DNA of 64,000 nt from Candidatus Saccharimonadota bacterium (GCA_034520885.1 JAXHNE010000005.1:13748-77747); one strand, 5' to 3'; positions 26,899 through 36,712 are shown, counted from the first letter of the stretch. The notes: generated from the sequence alone by a model not told the origin. Numbers and translations are program-made.

Positions 26899-27402
26899 TT
26901 AGTTGACCTGGATTTTCTTTACGGTATCTTGCTTGACTTTGTTAAAGCTAATGGTCAGCACGCCGTCTTTTAGCAAGGCTTCGATTTCGTCTTCTTTGAC
27001 GGGTACGGGCAGCGCGATGCTGCGGCTGAATTCGCCCCAGTAGCATTCCTGCACGAAGTAGTTTTCCACGTCTTCTTCGTTGCCCGCGGAAAGCGTTCCG
27101 CGGATACTGAGCGTGTTATCGGCAATGCTGACGTCCAGCTCTTGCTTGTTAACGCCGGCAGTACGGGCTTTTACCACTAGTTTTTCCTTGGTTTCGTAAA
27201 CGTCTACCGCGAGCTGTCCGGGGACCGCTTCTTCTTCGTCCCAGTCGTCAGTCGGAGCGGGAGCCGCTCCGGCGGCCGGTGCGCCTTGTTGGTCCGGTTG
27301 GTCTTGTCCTTCCGGAGCCGGGCCGAGATCGTCGTCACCCAGAAACGCCGCGGTTAGCTCGTCTTCCATCAATAAATCTTCGTCATCACGCTTACGTGCC
27401 AT
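26899..27402 (-). CDS. Hsp20/alpha-crystallin family small heat-shock protein
   Basis: Alpha-crystallin domain VDVYETKEKLVVKARTAGVNKQELDVSIADNTLSIRG...GEFSRSIALPVPVKEDEIEALLKDGVLTISFNK. Confidence 0.9.
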   Translation of the reverse strand: MARKRDDEDLLMEDELTAAFLGDDDLGPAPEGQDQPDQQGAPAAGAAPAPTDDWDEEEAVPGQLAVDVYETKEKLVVKARTAGVNKQELDVSIADNTLSIRGTLSAGNEEDVENYFVQECYWGEFSRSIALPVPVKEDEIEALLKDGVLTISFNKVKQDTVKKIQVN

Positions 27403-27680
27403 AAAGTTGTTACCCTCCAGGTTTTAGACACCTTCCCCAAGGTGCGTGCTCTTTTTTGAGCTCAAATGTTAGTTGTCGTTTTTTTACGAGTTTTTGTTGA
27501 TAGCTAGTATAACGTGATAGGTATCAGAGGTGCAACCTTTCCGGGTGGTTATTTACAACACATTAATCACAACATATTGGTGTATCGTTAAAAAAACTCG
27601 TGAAACTTGCCGATAGACGGCGTTTTACGGGAGGACGACTGGTTACACGCGGAGGATAGCTGTTATGTTGTAGGAAGCTT

Positions 27681-28355
27681 ATGTTTATTGCCGAAAGAGC
27701 CATATCCCTGCTGGCGCCTCACCGCTGCCTGGTTTGTGAGCGTGAAGGCGCTTTGCTATGCGAATGGTGTCGGCCGGACGCTTTTCCCCCGCTGCCGCCA
27801 CGTTGCTTTGGTTGTTATCGGCTCAGCCGGGACTTTAAAACCTGTAGTGATTGCCGCAAACAATCGCGGATTTCGCACGCCTGGATCGTGACGGAGTATG
27901 ACGCTTTGGCCACGTCGGTCATTCAAAAATTTAAGTTCCAGCGAGCCAAGCGGGCGTGCGAACTCATTGCCGGGGAGCTTGACCAACTTTTACCGGAACT
28001 TGGCAGTGAACTAATTATCACCCACGTGCCGACCGCGACCGGCCGGCGCCGCCAACGCGGCTATGACCAATCCGAGTTGATTGCCAAATCCTTGGCCCGT
28101 TTACGTGGGTTACCACACGGAACGCTGTTATACCGCCACGGCCAGGCACGTCAAGTCGGCGCCGATAGGCAAAAGCGTATCAAACAAATGCAGGCGGTTT
28201 TTCGCGTTCATAAAAACGCACCGCAGTACCCAAAAGTGTTGCTAATTGACGATTTGGTAACTACCGGTGCTTCCCTGGAAGCGGCCGCCCGAACGCTAAA
28301 AAATGCGGGCGCAGGGCGCGTATACGCCGCCGCCTTCGCCCAACGCAGTGTTTAA
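27681..28355 (+). CDS. comFC: ComF family protein (ComFC-type phosphoribosyltransferase)
   Basis: N-terminal Cys4 zinc-finger pattern (CLVCEREGALLCEWC...CFGC...CSDC) and the PRT motif VLLIDDLVTTGASL. Confidence 0.85.
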   Translation: MFIAERAISLLAPHRCLVCEREGALLCEWCRPDAFPPLPPRCFGCYRLSRDFKTCSDCRKQSRISHAWIVTEYDALATSVIQKFKFQRAKRACELIAGELDQLLPELGSELIITHVPTATGRRRQRGYDQSELIAKSLARLRGLPHGTLLYRHGQARQVGADRQKRIKQMQAVFRVHKNAPQYPKVLLIDDLVTTGASLEAAARTLKNAGAGRVYAAAFAQRSV

Positions 28356-28660
28356 GAATATATAAATACGCCGATAATGATCGGGATGTATACCAGCGAC
28401 CAAAGTACACCCGCTGCGACTACCGGAAAACTCTTGATTCGAAATCCGTAGGCCATCCAGGATAGAGAGGATACCAAAAAGAACGACCAACTAAACAGCG
28501 AATGCTCCTGCGCTGATTGTGCTTGGTAAATCTTAAATGCAATCGGCAGCGAAGCGATCGGTTCTATAGAACCAACGACCGTGACCCAAATAGCCAGTTT
28601 AGAGTGTTTACGGTGCGCAGCCTTTAGGAGTTTTGTTTTGCTGAGTTTATGATGTTTCAT
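28352..28660 (-). CDS. SemiSWEET / PQ-loop family small membrane transporter (probable)
   Basis: 102 aa with three TM helices. IASLPIAFKIYQAQSAQEHSLFSWSFFLVSSLSWMAYGF resembles the PQ-loop motif region. Confidence 0.55.
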   Translation of the reverse strand: MKHHKLSKTKLLKAAHRKHSKLAIWVTVVGSIEPIASLPIAFKIYQAQSAQEHSLFSWSFFLVSSLSWMAYGFRIKSFPVVAAGVLWSLVYIPIIIGVFIYS

Positions 28661-28677
28661 GAGTTTCTACCGGGAGA

Positions 28678-29496
28678 TTAGGCGGCTTTACTGGTGTCTT
28701 CGTGAAAAATCGATGCTGGTTTTTGGTTTTTTCCTTGAATGTAATCTCTCGCCTGTTGGCGGGTCGTGTCCTTACCCAATACTCGGTTTCGGGCTGTCTT
28801 GCTGTGGAGGGATACGACCCCGGTAGTTTTTTCGCCGGTCTTTTCGTCAATAATATCCGTTTCGTGCGTCCAGGCTTCTCCCCAAGCTTTTGCTCTTTCA
28901 TGTGCTTTGCGTGCTGTTTCGGATTGCTGCATAAAGGGTTTCGCGGCAGCTTCAATGGCCAACATCCCCATTCCCCTGACCGGTGCGAGTGTGACAAGCT
29001 CATAGGCGGCCATCTTTGCCATATCGAGCCGGGAAAACTTTCTATCCCCACCCGGGTTTGCGTGTTCACGAGCCACAGGGTTGTTATGTCTTTTATGCAT
29101 AGCCTCCCGGGCATCTTGGTCACCTTCAAGCAAGCGGGGAATGTGTTTTAGCCGGCTAACACGAGTTTTAAGGTTTTCGGAAAAACTAAGCGTGTAAACG
29201 TTTTCTTCGCTTGCTATGAAACCCGTATCAATCGTTAAATCCCAGTGATTTTCTTTGGCTGAACGCATAAAATCCTTAGCTTTGTTGCCGGCGGACTTAA
29301 TTTGTTCCCAACGGTTTTTAAAGAAACCACTATTAGGTTGGTTTTCGCTGGATTCTATGCTTTCCAGCGCTAACGATTGGTCAATAGAATCTGTCACCTG
29401 TTCCAGACCGGCAACATCAGGGCTCATTTCAAAGTTCTCTGAGCCAAGTAAATCTTCTTGTTCTGGTGTTTTTTGTTTTTGGATTTCCATAATCAT
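28678..29496 (-). CDS. Hypothetical protein
   Basis: 272-aa ORF with ordinary-looking codon and amino-acid composition. No family recognised. Confidence 0.5.
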   Translation of the reverse strand: MIMEIQKQKTPEQEDLLGSENFEMSPDVAGLEQVTDSIDQSLALESIESSENQPNSGFFKNRWEQIKSAGNKAKDFMRSAKENHWDLTIDTGFIASEENVYTLSFSENLKTRVSRLKHIPRLLEGDQDAREAMHKRHNNPVAREHANPGGDRKFSRLDMAKMAAYELVTLAPVRGMGMLAIEAAAKPFMQQSETARKAHERAKAWGEAWTHETDIIDEKTGEKTTGVVSLHSKTARNRVLGKDTTRQQARDYIQGKNQKPASIFHEDTSKAA

Positions 29497-29700
29497 ACAC
29501 TAGCATAAGTATTATTATAAGTCAAACTTATTGTATTGTTTATATTGAATGACGACCACAAAGTTCAATTGTATAATCTTATCTACCTTCTTGTTTAAAA
29601 TGATAGAAGTGTTAACCTGGAGCGATTTACAGATATACAGCGATACTTTAAGATAATTGGGAGCAGTAACCCAAAGCACATCAAGCGGTTTAGGCAGTTC

Positions 29701-29790
29701 GGAGGAGTCGGATAGTGGTTTATTCCAGCGGTCTTGAAAACCGCCAAGGGCGCAAGTCCTTCGTGGGTTCGAATCCCACCTCCTCCGCCA
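29701..29790 (+). tRNA. tRNA-Ser (anticodon TGA)
   Basis: Hand-folded: acceptor GGAGGAG/CTCCTCC, anticodon arm GCGGT-CTTGAAA-ACCGC, long variable arm, T-arm GTGGG-TTCGAAT-CCCAC, encoded CCA. Confidence 0.9.
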
Positions 29791-29822
29791 AAAATGTGGT
29801 AGGCTTGTTGTCGCAGGCCAAT

Positions 29823-29915
29823 GGAGAGGTACCCAAGTGGCTGAAGGGGCGGCTTTGCTAAAGCTGTAGGGGGGCGCAAGCTCCCGCGAGGGTTCGAATC
29901 CCTCTCTCTCCGCCA
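29823..29915 (+). tRNA. tRNA-Ser (anticodon GCT)
   Basis: Hand-folded: acceptor GGAGAGG, anticodon arm CGGCT-TTGCTAA-AGCTG, long variable arm, T-arm GAGGG-TTCGAAT-CCCTC, encoded CCA. Confidence 0.9.
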
Positions 29916-30001
29916 TTCGACGCGCTGCGCTTGCTCATGGCAAGCCAGCAAGGTGAATGATTCTGAGCGAACGCAGTGAGTCGAAGAACCAGGAGAAGAG
30001 C

Positions 30002-30035
30002 GGTCAGAGATTTTTCTCTGGCCGTTTCTCTTTTT
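30002..30035 (+). terminator. Probable terminator after the tRNA-Ser pair
   Basis: Stem ggtcagaga / tctctggcc (9 bp including one G-T pair) with a tttt loop, followed by the T-rich run gtttctcttttt. Confidence 0.5.
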
Positions 30036-30220
30036 AGAGAAAGATTCGAACCCTCATAAGCGAGCAAGGCGAGCGGTGGGTCGATATTCAAGCGAAACCG
30101 AGGAAGCTCGCTTACTCGCAGTTCGCGCCGAATATACCTTAGTAATCCCTCTCTCTGAAAAATCCGACTGACCAGTGTTGCCGCTTTCTTCGGCGGCAAG
30201 CATAAGCTACAATAAAACGC

Positions 30221-31030
30221 ATGGAACCAGGAAGCGTGATAAAGCCCGACCAGGGCGGCCAAAACCCTGATCCCGAGCAAGAGCCCCGGGAACCCCAAAA
30301 CGCCCAGCCGCCCCGAGAAGAGCAACCCGCGCCGCAGGCACCTCAACCGGAAGCCCCTGAAGATACTCCCGCTCCGCAAAACCAACCTCCGGTAGAGGAA
30401 AAACCGGCTCCTCCGGAACCTTCCACCGCTGCCAAGCAACCAACCGATCCCCTGCCACCCGAACCACAACCGACCGATACTAATACACGGGCGGAATTTA
30501 CCAGCTCCGGGTTCGAGCAAGGTAATCAGCAACCACCGGAGAGCACGCCACCAGCGCCCGCCCCTTCATCGAACGCGCAGGTTTCGTGGTCGGCCTCGGA
30601 GTACATCGCCCATCAAAAAGGAGCCGCGTGGTACCTGGGATTAGCGGGAGCGGGCGCGTTAATTACCGTTTTGGTTTTTGTCGTCACACGCGACATTATT
30701 GCTACGGCCGTCTTCCCGGTAATTACGCTGTTATTCGGAATATTCGCCGCTCGTCCGCCAGAAGTGCGGCAATACGAGGTACAAAGCAGTGGCATCACCA
30801 TTAGCGGCAAACATTACGACTTTGAAGATTTTAAGTCGTTCGCGGTGCAAGAACAAGCCTCCATGCCCGCCATATTTTTGCTTCCCACCAAGCGCTTTAT
30901 GCCCGCCATAACCATTTACTTTCCGCCGGACCAAGGTGATGAGATTATCGGTACGCTCAGCCAGTACCTTCCCCACGAGGAACGTGATGCCGATGCCGTC
31001 GACCGCCTCATGCACCGCGTACGGTTTTAA
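30221..31030 (+). CDS. Hypothetical membrane protein with a Pro-rich N-terminus
   Basis: 269 aa. The N-terminal ~110 aa are P/Q/E-rich. Two TM helices (AWYLGLAGAGALITVLVFVV, AVFPVITLLFGIFAA) are followed by a globular C-terminus. Confidence 0.6.
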   Translation: MEPGSVIKPDQGGQNPDPEQEPREPQNAQPPREEQPAPQAPQPEAPEDTPAPQNQPPVEEKPAPPEPSTAAKQPTDPLPPEPQPTDTNTRAEFTSSGFEQGNQQPPESTPPAPAPSSNAQVSWSASEYIAHQKGAAWYLGLAGAGALITVLVFVVTRDIIATAVFPVITLLFGIFAARPPEVRQYEVQSSGITISGKHYDFEDFKSFAVQEQASMPAIFLLPTKRFMPAITIYFPPDQGDEIIGTLSQYLPHEERDADAVDRLMHRVRF

Positions 31031-31106
31031 TTAGCGATAAGCCCGCAGTTTATATGAAACGAGGTGCCCTCCAGGGCATGTACTTACGTATGATATAGTT
31101 TTTTGT

Positions 31107-31859
31107 ATGAAGTTTATGGGCGGGACTCCCGTGTATCGTCGGAGACGATTCTTGGCGGTGGCGGCAGTTGCTTTTATTTTCGTGAGCGTGGCGGCGTATG
31201 ACACCGTACGGTTACACCGCCCCGTTACCCCCTTGCCCGGCGCACTATCAAAACACGAAGTACCACGAAAACAGCGGACTTTGGCGGTAGAGGCGCTCGG
31301 GCGCCTAGCGGTAAAGAATCGCGTATCGAGCGATGATTACTCGCGCGAACAATTCGGTAACGGCTGGGCTGAAGGCGGTGGTTGCGACACGCGCAACCGA
31401 ATTTTACGCCGTGATCTACAAGAGGTGGCCGTGGACGACGATAACTGTACGGTGCTGTCCGGCGTGCTCACGCATGATCCGTTTACCGCGCGGGAGATAC
31501 CGTTTAAGCGGGGCCGCGCCACGAGCGGCGATATCCACATCGAACACCTGGTGGCGGTTTCCGATGCCTGGCAAAAGGGCGCGCAAGAGCTTACTGCCCG
31601 GCAACGCCGGGATTTTTATAACGACCCGCTTAACTTGATCGCGACCGACAGCGCGGCAAACGTGGAAAAAGGCGGTGCCGATGCCGCGCACTGGCTCCCC
31701 GACCGCGCCTATCGCTGCATGTACGTGGCGCGCCAGATTGCCGTCAAACAAAAGTACGGACTGTGGGTGACCCAAAACGAACGTAGTGCCATGGAGCGCA
31801 CCCTGCACAATTGTCCCGACCAACTACTCCCGATCGTTAACCACTCGAAAGAAACGTGA
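31107..31859 (+). CDS. Membrane-anchored/secreted DUF1524-type HNH-like nuclease
   Basis: N-terminal TM segment. GGCDTRNRILRRDL...IHIEHLVAVSDAWQKGA...NDPLNLIATDSAANVEKGGADAAHWLP...CMYVARQIAVKQKYGLWV matches the pattern of DUF1524 (GmrSD C-terminal-type) nucleases. GTGA overlap with comEC. Confidence 0.75.
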   Translation: MKFMGGTPVYRRRRFLAVAAVAFIFVSVAAYDTVRLHRPVTPLPGALSKHEVPRKQRTLAVEALGRLAVKNRVSSDDYSREQFGNGWAEGGGCDTRNRILRRDLQEVAVDDDNCTVLSGVLTHDPFTAREIPFKRGRATSGDIHIEHLVAVSDAWQKGAQELTARQRRDFYNDPLNLIATDSAANVEKGGADAAHWLPDRAYRCMYVARQIAVKQKYGLWVTQNERSAMERTLHNCPDQLLPIVNHSKET

Positions 31860-33307
31860 AAGGCGTTCTCAACAAACGGATACACGTTTCGTGGCATATT
31901 GCCGCCACTGCGGCCGGGATTTTAGCGGGAACGCTGGCCGCACGATACGTACCCGCCGCCGCTTTCGCCGACTACTCCTGGTTGGTTATCGCCGCGGCGC
32001 TGATTTTTATTACGTTGCTCAAGCGCCGGTTGGCATTCATCGCTTTGATCATTTTGGCCGGTATGTTTTTGGGCTTGTACCGTGGATCGGTGCAAACCCG
32101 GGAGCTTGCCCGTTACGAGCCGTTTTACGAAAGCCAAGTTACTTTGAGGGCACAAGTAGTGGATGACACCACCAGCGGTCCGGGCGGTGATCAGCGGCTG
32201 CTGCTCGGGGACGTGAGCCTTGAAAACCGCCCCATGCCTGGGGAGATCTGGGCCAGCGTTCCAACCAACGCGGAGATCAAGCGCGGTGATAAAGTCACCA
32301 TATCCGGCTATTTGAGCGAAGGATTCGGCACGTTCGCCGGGTCGATTTTTCGCGCCCGGCTGGTTGCCGTGGAGCGGCCGGTGCCCGGAGATGTCGCCCG
32401 CCGCGTACGTGACGGGTTCGCCGAAAAAGTCCGCCTGAGTGTTCCGGAGCCGGAAGCCAGCCTGGGCATAAGCTACGTGAGCGGACACAGAAAAGCCCTG
32501 CCGGAGGATTTAAGCGAAACCTTTCGTTTGCTCGGTCTTTCGCACCTCGTCGTGGCCAGCGGATTTCACCTTACGATTATTATTCGGTTTGCCCGGCGCT
32601 TCTTTTCTGGCCGTTCCAAATACTTGGCAACACTACTGTGCTTTCTGGCGATAGGCGGGTTTTTGTTGATCACCGGATTTAGCACGTCCATGACGCGGGC
32701 GGCCTTGGTGACGGGCTTGAGCCTGATCGCCTGGTATTACGGCCGAGTCATCCACCCGGTGACGCTGCTGTTGTTCGTGGCGGCGGTGACCGTACTCTTG
32801 AGTCCTTCGTACATATGGGGTGACGTGGGGTGGTTTTTGTCCTTCAGTGCTTTTAGCGGCGTGATAATCATGAGTCCGCTGCTACAAAAGTACTTTTGGG
32901 GCAAAAAAAGATCCGGATATTTCCGGGACCTTATCGTGGCGACCACCGCGGCACAGATTGCCACTTTTCCGGTTATCGCCGCGGCGTTCGGCACCTATTC
33001 TCCTTTGGCGCTTTTCGCCAACGTGTTCATGTTGCCGCTCGTGCCTTTCGCCATGCTATTCACCGTCACCGGAGGTTTGGCGGGCTTGGTAGTACCCGGC
33101 CTGGCGGGAGTATTCGGCTTGCCCGCCCTGATTATTTTGCGCTACATGACCACCCTGACGGATTGGCTGGCCGCTATTCCATGGGCTCAGGGCGAGATCC
33201 AGTTCAGCGCTTTGCACGTAGGGGTGAGCTATATCGTTATGCTGGCGGCCCTGGCTTATATGTGGCGTAAAACCGGGCACGACTTTCGGGAAGAAACGCC
33301 GATATAA
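31856..33307 (+). CDS. comEC: ComEC/Rec2 DNA-uptake channel protein (competence domain only)
   Basis: 483-aa polytopic protein. LGLSHLVVASGFHLTII is the ComEC competence-domain motif. No C-terminal metallo-beta-lactamase domain is evident. Confidence 0.9.
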   Translation: MKGVLNKRIHVSWHIAATAAGILAGTLAARYVPAAAFADYSWLVIAAALIFITLLKRRLAFIALIILAGMFLGLYRGSVQTRELARYEPFYESQVTLRAQVVDDTTSGPGGDQRLLLGDVSLENRPMPGEIWASVPTNAEIKRGDKVTISGYLSEGFGTFAGSIFRARLVAVERPVPGDVARRVRDGFAEKVRLSVPEPEASLGISYVSGHRKALPEDLSETFRLLGLSHLVVASGFHLTIIIRFARRFFSGRSKYLATLLCFLAIGGFLLITGFSTSMTRAALVTGLSLIAWYYGRVIHPVTLLLFVAAVTVLLSPSYIWGDVGWFLSFSAFSGVIIMSPLLQKYFWGKKRSGYFRDLIVATTAAQIATFPVIAAAFGTYSPLALFANVFMLPLVPFAMLFTVTGGLAGLVVPGLAGVFGLPALIILRYMTTLTDWLAAIPWAQGEIQFSALHVGVSYIVMLAALAYMWRKTGHDFREETPI

Positions 33308-33364
33308 ACTTCGTATTGTTAATTTTTTGACAGGCTCCGTTTAGGGCGATAGGATGTCACTAAT

Positions 33365-35113
33365 ATGAAAATGGGCTGGGTTTTGGGTTTAGCTACGGTC
33401 TTCACCGCCGTTTTTCTATTGCCGGTTCACGTTGCGGCCGATACTGGCAACACGACTGCAACTACCGCTTCAAATATCCTCGTGAGTGAAGTGCAAAACA
33501 GGGGTGTCGTGGATGGCGAAACGTCCGGAAGCCGGGAGTTTATCGAACTGTATAATCCCACGGAAGAGACCGTGTCGCTTGATGGCTGGCAACTAGTGTT
33601 TTATAACGCCAGCGGCAGCGTGGAACGCGAAGTGGCGACGTTTGAGGACGACGCCGACACGGAGGTGTATTACGAAATATCACCCGACTCATTTTTTGTC
33701 GTAAGCCACGAGGCCTTTTTGCCCGACGCCGACTTTATACTGGACTCCCGTTCGGTTTCCGGTTACTTGAATTATAACGATGGAACGGTTCGTTTGTTTA
33801 ACGCCCAGGACGAGCCGGTCGATCTCATGGGTTACGGTGACCCCGAAGGATTCAATACCAATCCCGCCCCCGCTCCCGAGGAAGACGAATCGCTGAGCCG
33901 CTGTTTCGACGAAAACGGTATCGTGCGAAACACTGGTGACAATTCGGTCGATTTTCTCATAAATGATGCCCCGCTTCCCGGCGAAGGCATAGAGTGCCCG
34001 GACGCTGTGGGAGATCCCGATGACGATAACGACGAGACCTCCGGCGATTCTGACGACCCCGATGACGAGTCTAATGACGACAACGGTGATGATTCTGAGG
34101 ACCCCGATTCTTCAAAAGACAACGACGACGAAAACGAGGATACCGAAAACGAACCTCCGGCCAATACCTGCGAGAAAGTGCGACTCTCGGAAATAGGCGC
34201 CTATCTGGACGAGCAATTCATCGAGGTGTACAACACTTCCGATGAAGCGGTTTCACTAAAAGGTTGCCAGCTGCAAACCAACCGCAGTGACGAAACCTAC
34301 GTTTTTGGTGATAAAACCATGGAGCTTCAATCTTATTCGGCGGTGCTCATCGAGAATACGGAACTCACACTCACCAAAACCACCACCGGCACGGTGTACG
34401 TATTATCGGAGGACGGCTCCGTGGAGGTCGACGAGCAATACTACGAAGACCTAAAATCCGAAACTTCCTGGGCGTGGTTCGGCGACGGCCAATGGGAACA
34501 AACTTTCACCACGACCCCGGGCGGGGAAAACGTCCGGCGGGAACTTCGCCCCTGCCCCGAAGGTAAAAAACGCCACCCCGAAACGCGCAGATGCCGCACC
34601 ATCGAAACGGAAGAATCGTCGCTCAAGCCGTGCGATCCGGATCAAGAACGCAACCCCGAAACCAACCGTTGCCGCAAAATTGACGCGGGCAGCTCCGACC
34701 TCGAGCCGTGCGGGCCGGGCAGAGAGCGCAACCCGTCCACCAATCGTTGCCGCTCCATAGGCGGTGACTCCCGGGAGCTCGTGCCATGCGATGACGACCA
34801 AGAACGCAATCCGGAGACCAATCGTTGCCGACTCATTAACTCGACCTCGGAGCTTAAACCGTGCGGCGAAGGCAGAGAGCGTAACCCCGAAACCAACCGT
34901 TGCCGTAACGTGGCTTCGGCCTCCACGGTTTCGGGTATGGACGTTCGGGACGTGGCCTCCACGAACACGGGGACGCCCACCAGCTGGTGGTTCGCCGGCT
35001 TCATGGTAGCGTTCGCGACCGCGTACGGTTTGTGGGAATGGCGCTACGACATAAAAAACCTGGGAATGCGTTTGAACGAAAAGTTTTCCGTCCGCAAACC
35101 CGGCAGCGGCTGA
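33365..35113 (+). CDS. Lamin-tail-domain (LTD) surface protein with an acidic linker, five Cys-pair repeats and a C-terminal TM anchor
   Basis: Signal peptide. Two LTD-like modules (EFIELYNPTEETVSLDGWQLVFYN; QFIEVYNTSDEAVSLKGCQLQTN). D/E-rich linker. Five repeats of PCxxxxERNPETNRCR. Hydrophobic C-terminal segment WWFAGFMVAFATAYGLW. Confidence 0.8.
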   Translation: MKMGWVLGLATVFTAVFLLPVHVAADTGNTTATTASNILVSEVQNRGVVDGETSGSREFIELYNPTEETVSLDGWQLVFYNASGSVEREVATFEDDADTEVYYEISPDSFFVVSHEAFLPDADFILDSRSVSGYLNYNDGTVRLFNAQDEPVDLMGYGDPEGFNTNPAPAPEEDESLSRCFDENGIVRNTGDNSVDFLINDAPLPGEGIECPDAVGDPDDDNDETSGDSDDPDDESNDDNGDDSEDPDSSKDNDDENEDTENEPPANTCEKVRLSEIGAYLDEQFIEVYNTSDEAVSLKGCQLQTNRSDETYVFGDKTMELQSYSAVLIENTELTLTKTTTGTVYVLSEDGSVEVDEQYYEDLKSETSWAWFGDGQWEQTFTTTPGGENVRRELRPCPEGKKRHPETRRCRTIETEESSLKPCDPDQERNPETNRCRKIDAGSSDLEPCGPGRERNPSTNRCRSIGGDSRELVPCDDDQERNPETNRCRLINSTSELKPCGEGRERNPETNRCRNVASASTVSGMDVRDVASTNTGTPTSWWFAGFMVAFATAYGLWEWRYDIKNLGMRLNEKFSVRKPGSG

Positions 35114-35235
35114 TTTACACCTATCGGCTTGAATCCTTAACAAATTAAGAATCCTCCATAGCTGACCCCAAAGGGCCCACGACGGAGGATGGTGCACGGT
35201 AGTAAGGGAAGTTCAAACGTTACTGGTACAAAATG

Positions 35236-35664
35236 CTATGGTTGTTGCCTAACACCTAGGTAGTAGTTATTAGCACCCACAGCTCCGTACCATTCAGCAG
35301 TACGTATCCCAGCAAGCTTTTCTTGAAGTTGCCTACTGGCTTTGGGGCTTAAAGTCGCACCTGGTACTGGCTCTAGCGGAGGAGGTTCACTCCTCCAGGT
35401 TGGCATACCGCCTGGGAGACTTCTGCCTTTCACGACGTGTTTGCCAGCTAGAAAAATATTGAACGCTTCCGTTCTATCGTGAGGTACTTGCAATATATCG
35501 GCAAATCCTCGCATAGCGGTTAGTAATTCTGTGCGTTCGATTTCTGGTCCCAACAATGCAACGGCTGCTAGGTGGTGAATGGTTTTTACGTCATTATCAC
35601 CAACCTCAATAGGAGGCTCAAAATCGTATGCCATTCCATCTTGTTCAAAATGTGCTATTTGCAT
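35236..35664 (-). CDS. Hypothetical protein (islet-associated)
   Basis: The start is set at ATG 35664 (MQIAHFEQDGMAYDF...). AT-rich 5' part. No family recognised. Confidence 0.4.
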   Translation of the reverse strand: MQIAHFEQDGMAYDFEPPIEVGDNDVKTIHHLAAVALLGPEIERTELLTAMRGFADILQVPHDRTEAFNIFLAGKHVVKGRSLPGGMPTWRSEPPPLEPVPGATLSPKASRQLQEKLAGIRTAEWYGAVGANNYYLGVRQQP

Positions 35665-35805
35665 AATTGAATTATGATTTTTTTCATACTTTTTGCAAGC
35701 ACAAGCAAAACACCAAACAAGATACAAACTCATTTTAAAGCGTCAAAAATATAGTTATCAAAAAAAGATTGAATATGACTTAAATCTCTATCTGTAATTT
35801 CACTG

Positions 35806-35850
35806 TGGTACCCCTGAAGAAACGTCTTTCGAACCCTGATCTGGCAGGGG
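35806..35850 (-). other. Degenerate tRNA-3'-end-like relic (possible old att site)
   Basis: tggtacccctgaagaaacgtctttcgaaccctgatctggcagggg shares TGGTAC..CCC and TTCGAACC with the 3' half of the tRNA-Arg gene at 37866, but it cannot be folded as a tRNA. Confidence 0.35.
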
Positions 35851-35917
35851 CGCTGGCATCTCTGCTTGGGTCGGCTCAATGAGCTGCAATTATCGCCTGC
35901 TCAATGCGCAGTATCGG

Positions 35918-36712
35918 CTATCGCTCGTCAAGCTTTCTGCCTGTGAGTGCCTGGCGTGGGTCAGCACCAGCGGGGAGCTGCACTTTGATCGCGACACGTT
36001 GGCCAGGTCTTAGGTCGTGGTGCGGAAGCCGAATGGAATACTGCCGAGGTGATTTCCGCTCGTCTGGAAAGCCGCGAGTGAAATCTCCGGACTTGCCACT
36101 CCACATCTGCATGCCTGGGGTCGGCGAACTCAAGAACCCCAGGTAGTTCGCACTGAGCATGTCGACGGTGCTCGTGACCGCAAACGCAATCTCCTCAGCC
36201 CAAGTCCGAGGCTCGAACCACACGAGTGCGGTAGATGACTCCTCTGCTGACTCAACGGTAACGTTTAGGTTAGGAGCGCTCGGAATCGAGCCGGGGGTGG
36301 CTGGTTCCCCCCTGACCGCAGCGTCGAATGTCTTGAGCCAGTCGGCCTTCGAGAGGCGGGTCAGATCAATGTACAGCCGATCCTCCAGAAAATCTGGCAT
36401 CTTGTCGACCGTACCGATCTTCACCGGCACTATGAAGAACGTTTCCTCTTTGATCTCGCGCATGATCGCCTTACGCAACTCACGAGTTACCCAAGGCTTG
36501 TCAATGGTTACCCGAGACAGGAAAACGAAGAACTTGTCCGTGGTGTTGATTCCTTCGGCGATCCTTCCAAGGAGCGAGTCCCCACCCACAATCTCATAGC
36601 GATCAAGCCATGGCTGAAGGTCCGGCAGTTCGCTTGTCACTACATTGAATACATCATTCACGGCTGCAGCGTCCTCACTGGCGTGGCAGAAAAATGCTCT
36701 TCTTTCGGGCAC
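35918..36712 (-). CDS. TIR-domain protein with an unknown C-terminal domain
   Basis: The N-terminus AFFCHASEDAAAVNDVF...WLDRYEIVGGDSLLGRIAEGINTTDKFFVFLSRVTIDKPWVTRELRKAI fits the bacterial TIR pattern (FxSHAxED ... G ... S ... W..E). The C-terminal ~130 aa are unassigned. Confidence 0.75.
   Translation of the reverse strand: MPERRAFFCHASEDAAAVNDVFNVVTSELPDLQPWLDRYEIVGGDSLLGRIAEGINTTDKFFVFLSRVTIDKPWVTRELRKAIMREIKEETFFIVPVKIGTVDKMPDFLEDRLYIDLTRLSKADWLKTFDAAVRGEPATPGSIPSAPNLNVTVESAEESSTALVWFEPRTWAEEIAFAVTSTVDMLSANYLGFLSSPTPGMQMWSGKSGDFTRGFPDERKSPRQYSIRLPHHDLRPGQRVAIKVQLPAGADPRQALTGRKLDER

Noticed and set aside
29515-30532. Minus-strand ORFs of 133, 118 and 224 aa spanning the tRNA-Ser pair and the start of the 30221 gene.
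   Set aside because: They run through two tRNA genes and a terminator, or lie antisense to a better gene. Their Arg/Leu/Gly-rich composition is typical of non-coding frames.
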